The notes under the pieces: model-generated
What the model saw: the letters and a program-made list of their open reading frames with translations, nothing else
The model's database searches: none
Told to the model about the DNA's origin: nothing
Shown here: piece by piece, positions 49,805-59,345 of the stretch
Numbering within the stretch: position 1 is the first letter of the stretch
Layout of the letters: every line of letters begins with the position of its first letter
DNA from: Candidatus Bathyarchaeota archaeon
GTDB lineage: Archaea > Thermoproteota > Bathyarchaeia > TCS64
Length of the DNA: 64,000 bases
NCBI GenBank assembly: GCA_963769425.1
Contig: CAVYLP010000003.1
Location: forward strand, 319,911-383,910
Reading direction: 5' to 3'
Made by a program: the position numbers and the translations under genes

Positions 49805-51052
49805 GTGAGCCGCTTGGAGAAACAAAGACGGATCGGCTTCTTCATACTCGCGACCATCAGCATCACATATCTCATAGAGAACTTCCTCAGAAACGCTGCA
49901 TCAGCGCTCACCCCCGTTCTAATCAATGAGCTAAGTATCACCCGGGGGGCGATGGGCTTCCTAATTACCGGTTACTTCCTGATATACGGTGTCATGCAAT
50001 TCCCAGCGGGGTTCCTTGCCAACATCCTCGGGTCACGGAAATCAATCGTCGGCTTCACCGCCCTGACCTGCATTGGAAGCGTCCTCTTCTGGGCGAGCTA
50101 TAGATACGAGCTCCTCTTCGCGGCGCAGTTCATCATGGGGGTGGGTACGAGTGTCTTCTACATTAACGCGGTCACGCTAATCAGTCGGTGGTTCCCAGTT
50201 AACCGTAGGGCCACAGCGATCGGTGTCCTCAGTGCGAGCAGCGGCGTGGGCGCTTTTGCGAGCTATATGGGGTTACCACTCGCGGTGACCCTCTGGGGCG
50301 ATTGGAGGATCCTCTACCTCGTGATGATTGTTGTCCTGGTCGTGAACTGGGGGATGAACTTCTTCATCCTCAAGGATGGCCCCCCAGATCTCGAAGCATC
50401 TCCGAAGATCAGATTAAACATCAAGAGGTCCATCGGTGAGGTTCTTCATACGCGTGATTTCTATCCGCCCCTCCTCGGTTTCACGATGACGGGCTTCGCC
50501 TTCGTCCTGTATAACTGGATTAACCAATTCATGATCGAGGGCAAGGGCCTGACCTACATCGAGGCTGGGACCGTAAGCAGCCTCGGGACTGTAGCAGGTT
50601 TCATCGGTTGCTTACTGGTGGGTGTGATCAGTGATAGGCTCAAGCGAAGGAAATTGCCTGTTCTCTTTTTCCTCGGGGTTAATCTACTACTATTATGCGT
50701 ACTCATCTTCCTTCCACCAGGGTTACCAGTTGCAGTCTACACCACGGTCTGGTTCGCTATGGGTATCTGCGGAAGCATCTGGGTTTTATTCTTCAGCATA
50801 GTTAGTGAGGTGTTGCCGACGGAGATCGCTGGCATAGGTTTGGGGGTTATGAATGGGTTGAGCACGATCCTCTCGAGTCTGGCGACTCCCGTCTATGGTA
50901 GCCTTGTGGATATTACGGGTAGCTACCTAATGCCCAACCTCATATCGCTGGGGCTAGGAATCATCACCGTCGTGGCGCTGGTCTTAATCATGAAGGAGAC
51001 TTATGGTGTTTCTCCTCTTCGCTCGAAGCCATCGCCTGAGCAAATAACATAA
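49805..51052 (+). CDS. MFS transporter
   Basis: MQFPAG, SRWFP..RATA, GVISDRLKRRK. Confidence 0.9.
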   Translation: MSRLEKQRRIGFFILATISITYLIENFLRNAASALTPVLINELSITRGAMGFLITGYFLIYGVMQFPAGFLANILGSRKSIVGFTALTCIGSVLFWASYRYELLFAAQFIMGVGTSVFYINAVTLISRWFPVNRRATAIGVLSASSGVGAFASYMGLPLAVTLWGDWRILYLVMIVVLVVNWGMNFFILKDGPPDLEASPKIRLNIKRSIGEVLHTRDFYPPLLGFTMTGFAFVLYNWINQFMIEGKGLTYIEAGTVSSLGTVAGFIGCLLVGVISDRLKRRKLPVLFFLGVNLLLLCVLIFLPPGLPVAVYTTVWFAMGICGSIWVLFFSIVSEVLPTEIAGIGLGVMNGLSTILSSLATPVYGSLVDITGSYLMPNLISLGLGIITVVALVLIMKETYGVSPLRSKPSPEQIT

Positions 51053-51137
51053 TTCAAAAGTGTTTGCTTCTACGCACCAATCGAGGTATTCCAGTTTTTG
51101 AGGGGAACCTTCTAAATAGGAGGGACCTTTAGTTGAG

Positions 51138-52114
51138 ATGAAACTCATGAATTCCTCAGAGATAAAAGCCTTAGCGGATGGGACGCCAGTCGAGGCGTTC
51201 CTACAGGTGAGAACCAAGTCCCTTAGAGTAATCGCAACTGGGAGGGGGGAGATATTCGCCGGTGATCTCGGCGACAACTCCGGCGAGATCAAGTTCGTCG
51301 CCTTCAGTGGCTCAACTATCAACTGCAAGGAGCTCGACGACACGATTGAGCTCGGCGCAGTCGTACAAGTTAAAGGGATGAAGAACACCCATCAGGGCTT
51401 TCCGCAGATTGTGGTCAGCAGCAGGGATGGAGGCTCGATGCGCCCGGCGCTCCCCGGGGAGTACGACCTATCCAACTTCGTTCCTAAGACGAACCAAGAC
51501 GTCGAGGCGATGTGGAGCTACGTTATAGGACTACTCGCCTCCATCAAGGATCCCTCACTCAAGGTCCTCGTGGAGTCGTTCACATCGGACGCTGGCTTCG
51601 TGGGCAAGTTCAAGCTCTTCTACGCGGCCCGGATGTTCCACCACGCAGCTGCCGGTGGACTGCTCGAGCACACCTGGGAGGTGCTCCAATACTGCGAGCT
51701 GGCATGCAAGATACATCCTTCACTCGATAGGGACCTCGTCTACGCCGGGGGCCTTCCTCCACGACGTCGGGGTTCTCAGGGAGAACTCTGAGCCACTCGG
51801 AATGTGCTGAGAGTAAGGAGGGATTCATGCTGGGCCACGTCTACCTATCTTCTGACGTCGTTTCCAGCAGGATCTCAACGATCTCCGGATTCCCCGAGAC
51901 TACTAAAGTAAAACTGCTGAACATCATCCTGAGCCACATGGAGAGGGAGAGGCAAGAGTCGGAGTTCTACCAGAGGACCCCCGAGTCAGTGGTCGTGGCA
52001 TGCGCCGATGTCTTCGGTGTCAAAGTCTCTCAGTATATTAGGGTGAAAAAGGATTCGACTGGGTCAGACTGGAGAGCCCAGAGGGCTCCGATCGGTGGAG
52101 TCTACACCGAGTAG
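51138..52114 (+). CDS. YhaM-like OB-fold + HD-domain nuclease, frameshifted near 51750
   Basis: HHAAAGGLLEHT, YAGAFLHDVG restored by removing one G, LGHV, IILSH, D. Confidence 0.8.
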
Positions 52115-52391
52115 CCTGATCGTTTAGGTTAGTTTTTTTATTCCTTCTTTAAGAATTGCGGACGCTGGGGTATTAGCGCGTTCCATTGTACCTATGCTAT
52201 CGAGACTTCTTCCAACTGCTATTTTTAGTCTTTAAAGCGTGTATCAGCCAATAACGAGGTAAGACCTGAATGCACTGATTTGTTGCGTTTGATGCAGTGA
52301 AATCAGAGCTCTTTCTGTTGCTGAATTTGCTATCCCTTGAGAGGCTTATCTCATAGCTTTTACGACGAATCTGACACGCTTGCAAATAGAC

Positions 52392-53573
52392 TTAGGCTCT
52401 CAGATCTTTGACTGCTTTCTCGAGTCTCTCAAGGGCCTGCTTCAGAGTACTCCTCGGGCAAGCGATGTTCACCCTCATGAACATGGATCCACCGGAGCCG
52501 AACATGGTACCCTCGTCGAACCAGAGCTTCGCCTTCTTCAACATGAACTCCTTGAGCGCCTCGTCATCCATCCCCAGGGAGGTGCAATCCACCCACGCCA
52601 GGTAAGTACCCTCAAGCGGGTACACCTTGAGTCCGGGGATCTTCTCCTTAATGAACCCCTCAAGGTACTTGAGGTTCCCCCTCAGATACACGAGAAGCTC
52701 ATCCAGCCAAGCCTCACCCTTCGCGTAAGCAGCCTCCTGCGCGACCATCCCGAAGATGTTGGCGAAGTGAATGCCGTGGCTCTCCGTCACATTCAGGAAC
52801 GCGTCTCTAAGCTTTTTATTCGGTATGATGGCGCTCGAATTAGATAACCCAGCGATGTTGAAAGTCTTACTCGGGGCGACTAGGGTCACCGTCCTCTGCA
52901 TCGCCTCCTCAGAGAGTGTCGCGGTGCAGGTGTGCTTTATCTTGCCGAGTATGAGGTCAAAGTGGATTTCATCAGACACGATCAAGATGTCCTTCCTCTC
53001 GCAGACCTCAACTAACTGCTCAAGCTCTGACTTGGTCCAGACCCGCCCCACGGGGTTATGGGGGCTACAGAGGATGATCATCTTGGTCCTTCCATCGATC
53101 TTCTTCTCGAGATCCTCGTAGTCCATCACGTACCTTCCCTTCACGAGTTTGAGGGGGTTATCGACGAGCTGTCTCCCGTTGTTAAGTATCGCGTTCTTCA
53201 TGGGGTAGTAAACCGGCGGCTGAATGATCACCTTGTCTCCGGGATGCGAATAGGCCTGAATCGCAAAGTTGAAGCCTGCGACGACGCCGGGTGAGAAGCA
53301 TATCCAGTCGCGCTGGATCCCGCTCCACTCGTGGCGCTTATTCATCCATTTGATAAGCCCGTTGTAGTACCCGTCGCTACTCGCTGTGTAACCGTAGATA
53401 GGGTGGGCCGCCCGTTCCTTGATCGCCTTTACAACCTCTGGTGGGCTCGAGAAATCCATGTCCGCAACCCACATGGGTAGAACGTCCTCCACACCGGTAA
53501 GCTCCTTACGAAGACACCACTTAGCGGAGTTCGTAGCTAGTCTATCGATCTCTGTATCAAAGTCATACACCAA
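52392..53573 (-). CDS. MalY/PatB family PLP-dependent cystathionine beta-lyase/aminotransferase
   Basis: PMWVADMDF, CSPHNPVGR, SDEIH, APSKTFNIAG, RVNIACP. Confidence 0.93.
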   Translation of the reverse strand: MVYDFDTEIDRLATNSAKWCLRKELTGVEDVLPMWVADMDFSSPPEVVKAIKERAAHPIYGYTASSDGYYNGLIKWMNKRHEWSGIQRDWICFSPGVVAGFNFAIQAYSHPGDKVIIQPPVYYPMKNAILNNGRQLVDNPLKLVKGRYVMDYEDLEKKIDGRTKMIILCSPHNPVGRVWTKSELEQLVEVCERKDILIVSDEIHFDLILGKIKHTCTATLSEEAMQRTVTLVAPSKTFNIAGLSNSSAIIPNKKLRDAFLNVTESHGIHFANIFGMVAQEAAYAKGEAWLDELLVYLRGNLKYLEGFIKEKIPGLKVYPLEGTYLAWVDCTSLGMDDEALKEFMLKKAKLWFDEGTMFGSGGSMFMRVNIACPRSTLKQALERLEKAVKDLRA

Positions 53574-53729
53574 ATCAATTCAACCCAGTAAACAATAACC
53601 ATCCTTACCCCATTAAATTTGGGGTTTGAGCGCACACGATGCGGGTCAGGATTGAGTGCATGCTGACTAGCAACACTTTTTATAACTTCAAACCATCAAC
53701 ATCCAAATGGCATCTTTTTGCCCTACTAC

Positions 53730-53793
53730 ACTGAGTCGGACCCAGAAACGCTAACATGATCGTCTTCCTCCACGGTGGCAGTGTAAGTGGTTG
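53730..53793 (+). pseudogene. alpha/beta hydrolase N-terminal remnant
   Basis: GPRNANMIVFLHGGSVSG, truncated where the AT-rich segment starts. Confidence 0.45.
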
Positions 53794-54236
53794 TGTAGAG
53801 TAATGTGTAATTATAGTTCTGACTCAAATGTCCCTAAGAAAATCACGAATCCGAAATCTGAGGGACATACTAAATCAGTTAAGAGTTAAATTTTATTGCC
53901 TTTCTTCCTTGAATAACGACTGAACTAAGGGGCTGCGCCCCTTCCGAATCCCATGTTCTGAACGTTTTTAGGTACTCTTAGGGAACCGAATGTCAGGGCA
54001 GGAAAAAGACTAGCGCAATCAGATTGTCTTCTGACGAGTAAGACTAGTAATAGTACGTACGTACCCCTTTTTCCTAGGAATTCTGAGTACTACTACTATT
54101 AGATACGTACGTAAAAGAGGGTGAGAAAGCATAAAACACAAATAAACCAAAAATCTTTATGTAATCAGATAAATATGGTCCGCAAGCCTTATAAATTAAA
54201 AGGTCCCTTTCCCCGAATTTTGATGCGGTTCTAACG

Positions 54237-54476
54237 ATGTTAAGGAAAAAGGGTTATCAACAAGACCCTTTATTGGCGGAGCAAAAAGGCACCTTCACTA
54301 ATATGGTAAAACCCTTACCTAATGGTAGTAGAATTCATGTTCAAGTTAGAAAGGGGTCTAAAAAAATACAAATTGAATCACACATCGATGAGTATGACCC
54401 AGTTAGAAATCCTATCGGACATTTGTTAGAAGACCGAAAAAGGCATTCTATAACAAAAATAAAGAAAGGAAAATGA
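54237..54476 (+). CDS. small basic hypothetical protein in an AT-rich insert
   Basis: 79 aa, RIHVQV..ESHIDEYDP..HL. Confidence 0.55.
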   Translation: MLRKKGYQQDPLLAEQKGTFTNMVKPLPNGSRIHVQVRKGSKKIQIESHIDEYDPVRNPIGHLLEDRKRHSITKIKKGK

Positions 54477-54481
54477 AGTGG

Positions 54482-55143
54482 TCATTTTTTAATAGCTTCA
54501 CAAATCTCGTTTTGTCTACAGATAATTGTGGCTTTCTCTAAATTGATTGTTTCAATTAGAATGTTACGAGCTTTAAAATAACCAAAAACAGTGATGATAG
54601 TAAATATAAGTGTAATCAAAATTATTTTTATATCAGAATCAAATATATTTATTAAAATTGTGCTGAGTTCAGATAATGATGCGATACTTGAATAATTTAA
54701 TTAGTAATATTAAAGGTAACCTAACCACGATAAATTAACCAGCAGCAAAAAATTTTGTCTAGAGTAGAAATAGATAAAGTGATACCATATAATGAATTCT
54801 ATATCTTAAAGATGTCTGGATAATTTATCATAATGGTAAAAATATTATATTAACGAGCGTGGTTCAATAGAATATTTTAGATTCTTTTAATGTCTCTTTA
54901 CTAAACTTATTTATCATTGAATCTATTCCCTTTTTATATTCATTTTTAAAAATTGGGAAAAAGAAATCAATTGGAGCTGCATATAATATTAAACCACTTA
55001 CAATGATTAGTGTTGTTAAACCAATTACATTTAGTTGTGAAGAGAAATTCGGAAATGATTACCAAAGGAAAAACAAAGAATAATCCATGTAAAAATAATC
55101 TTAGTATTTCGATTGCAGAAAAGTTTTGAAATATTTCTGACAT
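54482..55143 (-). pseudogene. decayed AT-rich membrane-protein gene
   Basis: MSEIFQNFSAIEILRLFLHGLFFVFLW*SFPNF.. hydrophobic frame broken by stops and shifts. Confidence 0.4.
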
Positions 55144-55274
55144 GTTGTTATTAATTATTTCACCTTAAAATAAACTTTGGCTTAGTACTCAACACAATAA
55201 TAATCAAGGAATAGGAATCTTAGGAATCCACTCAGCCTTCTTTCCCTTTTAAATTTGATACCTAGATGAGGGTG

Positions 55275-56810
55275 CTAATCGTTTTGGAGCTCGTAATCCT
55301 CGTGGATGTTATCTAATGTGTTGGATAGCGTCTCGGCGTCTGGTTTATTTTTGTTTAATTTATCGGATGGCTGGTCTTTGCAGATCTCTTCGTAGCCTCT
55401 GGTCTTAAAAAATAGGGCGTACCACGGGGAGATAGCATCCGCGGCCAGTCCGGTCAATACACCCTTGATCAGGCTAAGTATTCCTCGTTTAGTCTTGGTG
55501 TATCCGTTGTGGAGCTCGAGGCCGATCAGGTAGCCGTTCAGCATGGACCACCAGACTAGCCCTGTGAAGACTCCGCTGAGCACGGGGATGAATCCTCCAC
55601 TCGGGTAGATCAGATTGAATGCGGTTACGCCTATGCTGGGCAGCGCGGAGAGCCAGGAGAAGGCGCTGTACATTATGGGGGCCTTCGCTCGGAGGGGGAC
55701 GTCGCGCCTTCTGAGGATCTCGAAGCTACCCGTGATCCAGCGACGCCTCTGCTTCAGGTGGTCCCTGAATGTGAGCGGGGGCTTCTCGTAGGCGAAGCCC
55801 TTCATCGCCCTGATGCAGGATCCGTAGCTCTGGCTGAGCTTGACGCTGAATAGCAGATCCTCTGATCGGACTTTTCCGTAGTCCCACCCCAGGTTTGCCT
55901 CGACGTCGCTTCGGATTAGGATGTGGGATCCGTGGTAGCCGAAGAACACCCGCCCCCAGGCATTCATCTGGCCTAGGGCGCACAGGTCCGCTGAGGATCG
56001 GGCCGTCTCCTGGACGCTGGTGAAGCCTTCACCCCATCCCTGGGGGTATAGGATGACGCCGGAGCCAGCCATCGTGGTGTCGTCGGCGCTGAGAACGAAG
56101 TCGAGGTTCCCTAGGACTGTATCCTCGCCTATCTGTGTCTCGGTATCCTGGTGGTAGACCCAGTCGGTTGGTGTGTCGAGCCCAAGGTCTCTCCGTAGTT
56201 CGGCGGTGTATTGGAGGGCTCGGGTCTTGTACATGCTCTGGTTCCGGGTCTCGTATGAGGTGGGGACGGCGATGACGGTTGCACCCTTCTCCTCGAGTCG
56301 GGAGTAGAAGCCGGCGTTTGATGCGTAGTTGCTTTCCTCGGTGACGACCCACACCTCGGAGTCGAACCAGAGGTCGTGTCGGTGCTTCACCGACTCCGTC
56401 CATTTGATGGTTGAGTCGACGGTGTCCTCGAGTGTGGAGAGGTTCTCCCCCTTCGTGGTTATGGTGTAGATTATTCTCGTCCCTGTTAGGTCGGTGCGTC
56501 TCTCTCTGAGGGCTTCGAGGTCTATGATTAGGCCGTTGGTTAAGCCGGTGTGGAATCCTATTGTTTGGAGTATGAAGTAGGGGATTGGGAGTAGCCAGCT
56601 TACCTTCGCGATGTTGGCTGCTAGATCTAGTGTGTTGAGGATCTTCGGCCACTCGAACGTGAACAGTGACATGGTGGTGGTTATGGCGAGGAGGGAGCCG
56701 TTACGTAGGTTCTTCTTGTCTAGTTGCCCCTTTATGGCCGTGTTATATCGTTGCAGGGATAGTTGAGGATACAGTGGTTTTGCTTTAGTTGCCCTAGGTG
56801 GTCCGTGCAT
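55275..56810 (-). CDS. glycosyltransferase family 2 (egghead/beta-1,4-mannosyltransferase-like); true start probably downstream of 56810
   Basis: YKTRALQY, HQDTET, SEDL, QRRRW, flanking TMs. Confidence 0.82.
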   Translation of the reverse strand: MHGPPRATKAKPLYPQLSLQRYNTAIKGQLDKKNLRNGSLLAITTTMSLFTFEWPKILNTLDLAANIAKVSWLLPIPYFILQTIGFHTGLTNGLIIDLEALRERRTDLTGTRIIYTITTKGENLSTLEDTVDSTIKWTESVKHRHDLWFDSEVWVVTEESNYASNAGFYSRLEEKGATVIAVPTSYETRNQSMYKTRALQYTAELRRDLGLDTPTDWVYHQDTETQIGEDTVLGNLDFVLSADDTTMAGSGVILYPQGWGEGFTSVQETARSSADLCALGQMNAWGRVFFGYHGSHILIRSDVEANLGWDYGKVRSEDLLFSVKLSQSYGSCIRAMKGFAYEKPPLTFRDHLKQRRRWITGSFEILRRRDVPLRAKAPIMYSAFSWLSALPSIGVTAFNLIYPSGGFIPVLSGVFTGLVWWSMLNGYLIGLELHNGYTKTKRGILSLIKGVLTGLAADAISPWYALFFKTRGYEEICKDQPSDKLNKNKPDAETLSNTLDNIHEDYELQND

Positions 56811-56963
56811 GCATATGTGGCTTGGTGCATCGATGATTAACCTATATTTGCGAACAGTTGTTCGGGAAGTAGAACGTCGAATTCAACACAATTGATTATC
56901 AGAACGCTCAATGAGCATCCACAGAAGGTTGAGGTTTTTATAAAATGACGAGAAAAGAGAGAT

Positions 56964-57494
56964 TTAACTGGGTTTTCCGGGGCTCCGCTCGTCTAGCTTG
57001 AAGATCTGTCTAGCCATAACGTCCCTGATCAAGTTGGCGACTCGCATAGGATCCTTCACCATAACCATTCTCTTGGTGTAATCTTTCTCGCTCTGGGTCT
57101 TGATTATGATGTTCCCCGTTTTGAATATTCTGCCGCTTATCGATCTGATGACCTCGAGGTCCGAGAATCCCGTCGGGACGATCACGGAGGTCTTTGTGGT
57201 CAGTAATCCAGTCTTGATCTCGAGGCTATCCGCCCTCAGGATGTAGAGGTGGGTGGATCTCAAGACTAGCATGTTGAATATCACTAGAATCCATATAACG
57301 AAGAACGCGAGCAGGGTCCAAACCATAACCAGCGACCCAAAAGCAGGCACGTATAGGTAGCCCATGGATATTTCAAGGAACAATGCGGCGACGGCGAAGA
57401 TTGCCACCACAATCGTTCTCACACCGGCATAGGGAACTATCCAAGGTCTACCCCTCCAGATCTCCTGATCAGAATCCTTAGTGGAAGCGGTCAT
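56964..57494 (-). CDS. bacterial-PH (YdbS-like) domain membrane protein
   Basis: IWRGRP, two TMs, LEIKTGLL, GRIFKTGNIII. Confidence 0.75.
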   Translation of the reverse strand: MTASTKDSDQEIWRGRPWIVPYAGVRTIVVAIFAVAALFLEISMGYLYVPAFGSLVMVWTLLAFFVIWILVIFNMLVLRSTHLYILRADSLEIKTGLLTTKTSVIVPTGFSDLEVIRSISGRIFKTGNIIIKTQSEKDYTKRMVMVKDPMRVANLIRDVMARQIFKLDERSPGKPS

Positions 57495-57600
57495 TTTCGT
57501 GATCAGATAACAAATACTTTGATTTGTATTAAACCTGTGCTGCTACCCAATTTGAGCGAGATCCAGCGTCTCATCGATTACGGTTAAGTGTTGATGATTG

Positions 57601-57773
57601 TGAAAAGGAGCTGTTTTCAAGTCTCCCTTATGAACGTAGCAGGTCATATTTGAAAAAAAAATTCATTCTCAGATACAAACTCGAACCGTCTTTCCATATC
57701 AAGTTTAGATATGTATGAAAAGGGACTATTTCCAAGTCACCCTTATGAACGTAGCTAGTCATAATTGAAAAAA
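57601..57773. repeat. two imperfect ~58-bp direct repeats (period 115 bp)
   Basis: 57601-57658 vs 57716-57773, core cccttatgaacgtagc identical. Confidence 0.75.
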
Positions 57774-57963
57774 TTTCAGCTTCACAATTAATAACTGGCC
57801 AGTAGTGAAACGCTTGCCATGCCAGGTCGAACCCATGATTTCCAATGACTCCACTTCAAGGAGATTAAAGGTCTCAGCATTAGATGACCCACAGTGTAAT
57901 GGTTTATTGATTAGTCACGTGGATGTTTTCTATAGTCGACCCATTAGGAGATTTCCTTTAATT

Positions 57964-58755
57964 TTGTCTCAAAGGCTTAACGTCGAGCAGAAGCGTCGAC
58001 TGGATCGATTCTTGGAGATAGAACGCTCTCTGAAACAATATATAACCGATACAAATAGCACCCCTCTAAGATTCAACCAGCCCTACGTTAGGGCCAGCGA
58101 GATCGCGGAGCAGTACTACTGTGAGAGGAAGGTGGAGATGACTCACCTTCACGGGAAGGTCGAGACGGAGACCAAGAGGCAGGGCAGCGAGGGGCATGAG
58201 TCACTCATGGCGGAGTCGGTTGAGGTTGAGCGCATGGAGGTGCTTGAGGAGATATTCTCCGGAACACCCGTCATAGTGCACGAGCTGCCCCTGATGGCGG
58301 AGCATCGTGGTGTTGTCCTCGCGGGTCAGCCTGACGCAGTCATATTCAGGGGTGGGTTACCTGTGGCCCTCCTCGAGGTCAAGTTCAGCAATTCTCCATA
58401 CCCCTACAGGAGTTACCATGCTCAGGCTAGGGTCTATGGTAGAATCCTCGATGGTGCTGGATTCGACACCAGTGATCTATTTTACGTGATAGCGGTTGCC
58501 CCGAGGGAGAGCCGAGGCGACGGTGGGTTGTTTGGAAGCGTGATCGAGGCCTTAAAGGAATGTGGTTCTGGCGAGGTCTCTTTTGAAGTGAATGGGATAC
58601 ACGTCTACGTCTATGAGTACAATCATATGGAGGCGTTAAGGGACCTCGACTGGGCCCTAGAGTTCTGGAGAGGGTCAAGGGCTGTGGAGCCTGTGGATAA
58701 CCAGGCGAAGTGTAGGAACTGCGAATATCAACAAAAATGCATAGCATGTGCATAG
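57964..58755 (+). CDS. solo Cas4-like PD-(D/E)xK nuclease with four Fe-S cysteines
   Basis: ASEIAEQYYCERK, GQPD, LEVK, QARVY, KCRNCEYQQKC; the longer ORF starts at 57805. Confidence 0.8.
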   Translation: MSQRLNVEQKRRLDRFLEIERSLKQYITDTNSTPLRFNQPYVRASEIAEQYYCERKVEMTHLHGKVETETKRQGSEGHESLMAESVEVERMEVLEEIFSGTPVIVHELPLMAEHRGVVLAGQPDAVIFRGGLPVALLEVKFSNSPYPYRSYHAQARVYGRILDGAGFDTSDLFYVIAVAPRESRGDGGLFGSVIEALKECGSGEVSFEVNGIHVYVYEYNHMEALRDLDWALEFWRGSRAVEPVDNQAKCRNCEYQQKCIACA

Positions 58756-58857
58756 TTTTCTCGTCGTTCTATACTCCTGTCTCCAGTCATTTCATCAGCC
58801 TTCTTCTCTCGCCCTCCGTGAATAGATATTTCCTCATAGAAACATCCCGCGTGGATG

Positions 58858-59088
58858 CCTGCCACTAGGAACCGGATTCCTACTAGGGTGGTATGGCTCG
58901 CACCTGTGGCTAGGAATCCGATTCCTAGTAGGGTGGAATCGCGGAGTGCTCACCACGACCCCCTGATACCTGCCACTAGGAATCAGATTCCTAGTAGGGT
59001 GGTATGGCTCACTGGCTGGTTGGGTGTGGATTCCTAGTAGGGTGGTATCCCGGAAATTCATCACTTTTTGCACCTGCCAATAGGAATC
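58858..59088. repeat. cluster of ~37-bp palindromic repeats
   Basis: cctgccaCTAGGAATcnGATTCCTAGtagggtggtat at 58858, 58903, 58969; partial copies at 59029 and 59073. Confidence 0.85.
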
Positions 59089-59345
59089 GTCTTCGCCGCG
59101 TCCCTGTTTCACCAGTGGAATGAAGCCTTGGACTAGGAGAGAGCTGAAAGGGTTTTTCAGGCTCAGGGATAGACGTTCCAGCCCATAATTTGCGTTCCAA
59201 ACTTCCTTCTCCCGACACTTATTGAATACTTTGCTTGTGCTGCATAATCGTTTGTTCTAAATTGGGTTTAGGGAGAAAGGATACCGCGAACCTCGCATCG
59301 GTTGGAGAAATACTCTCTATAACCTGGCTGCATCCTTTAGCTGAC

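Noticed and set aside
58858-59088. canonical CRISPR array
   Set aside because: Spacers are irregular (some under 10 bp), repeats are degenerate or partial, and there are no cas1/cas2 or effector genes; kept only as a repeat cluster.
58834-59112. small repetitive ORFs over the palindromic repeats
   Set aside because: They arise from the DNA repeats on both strands, with no RBS or domain support.
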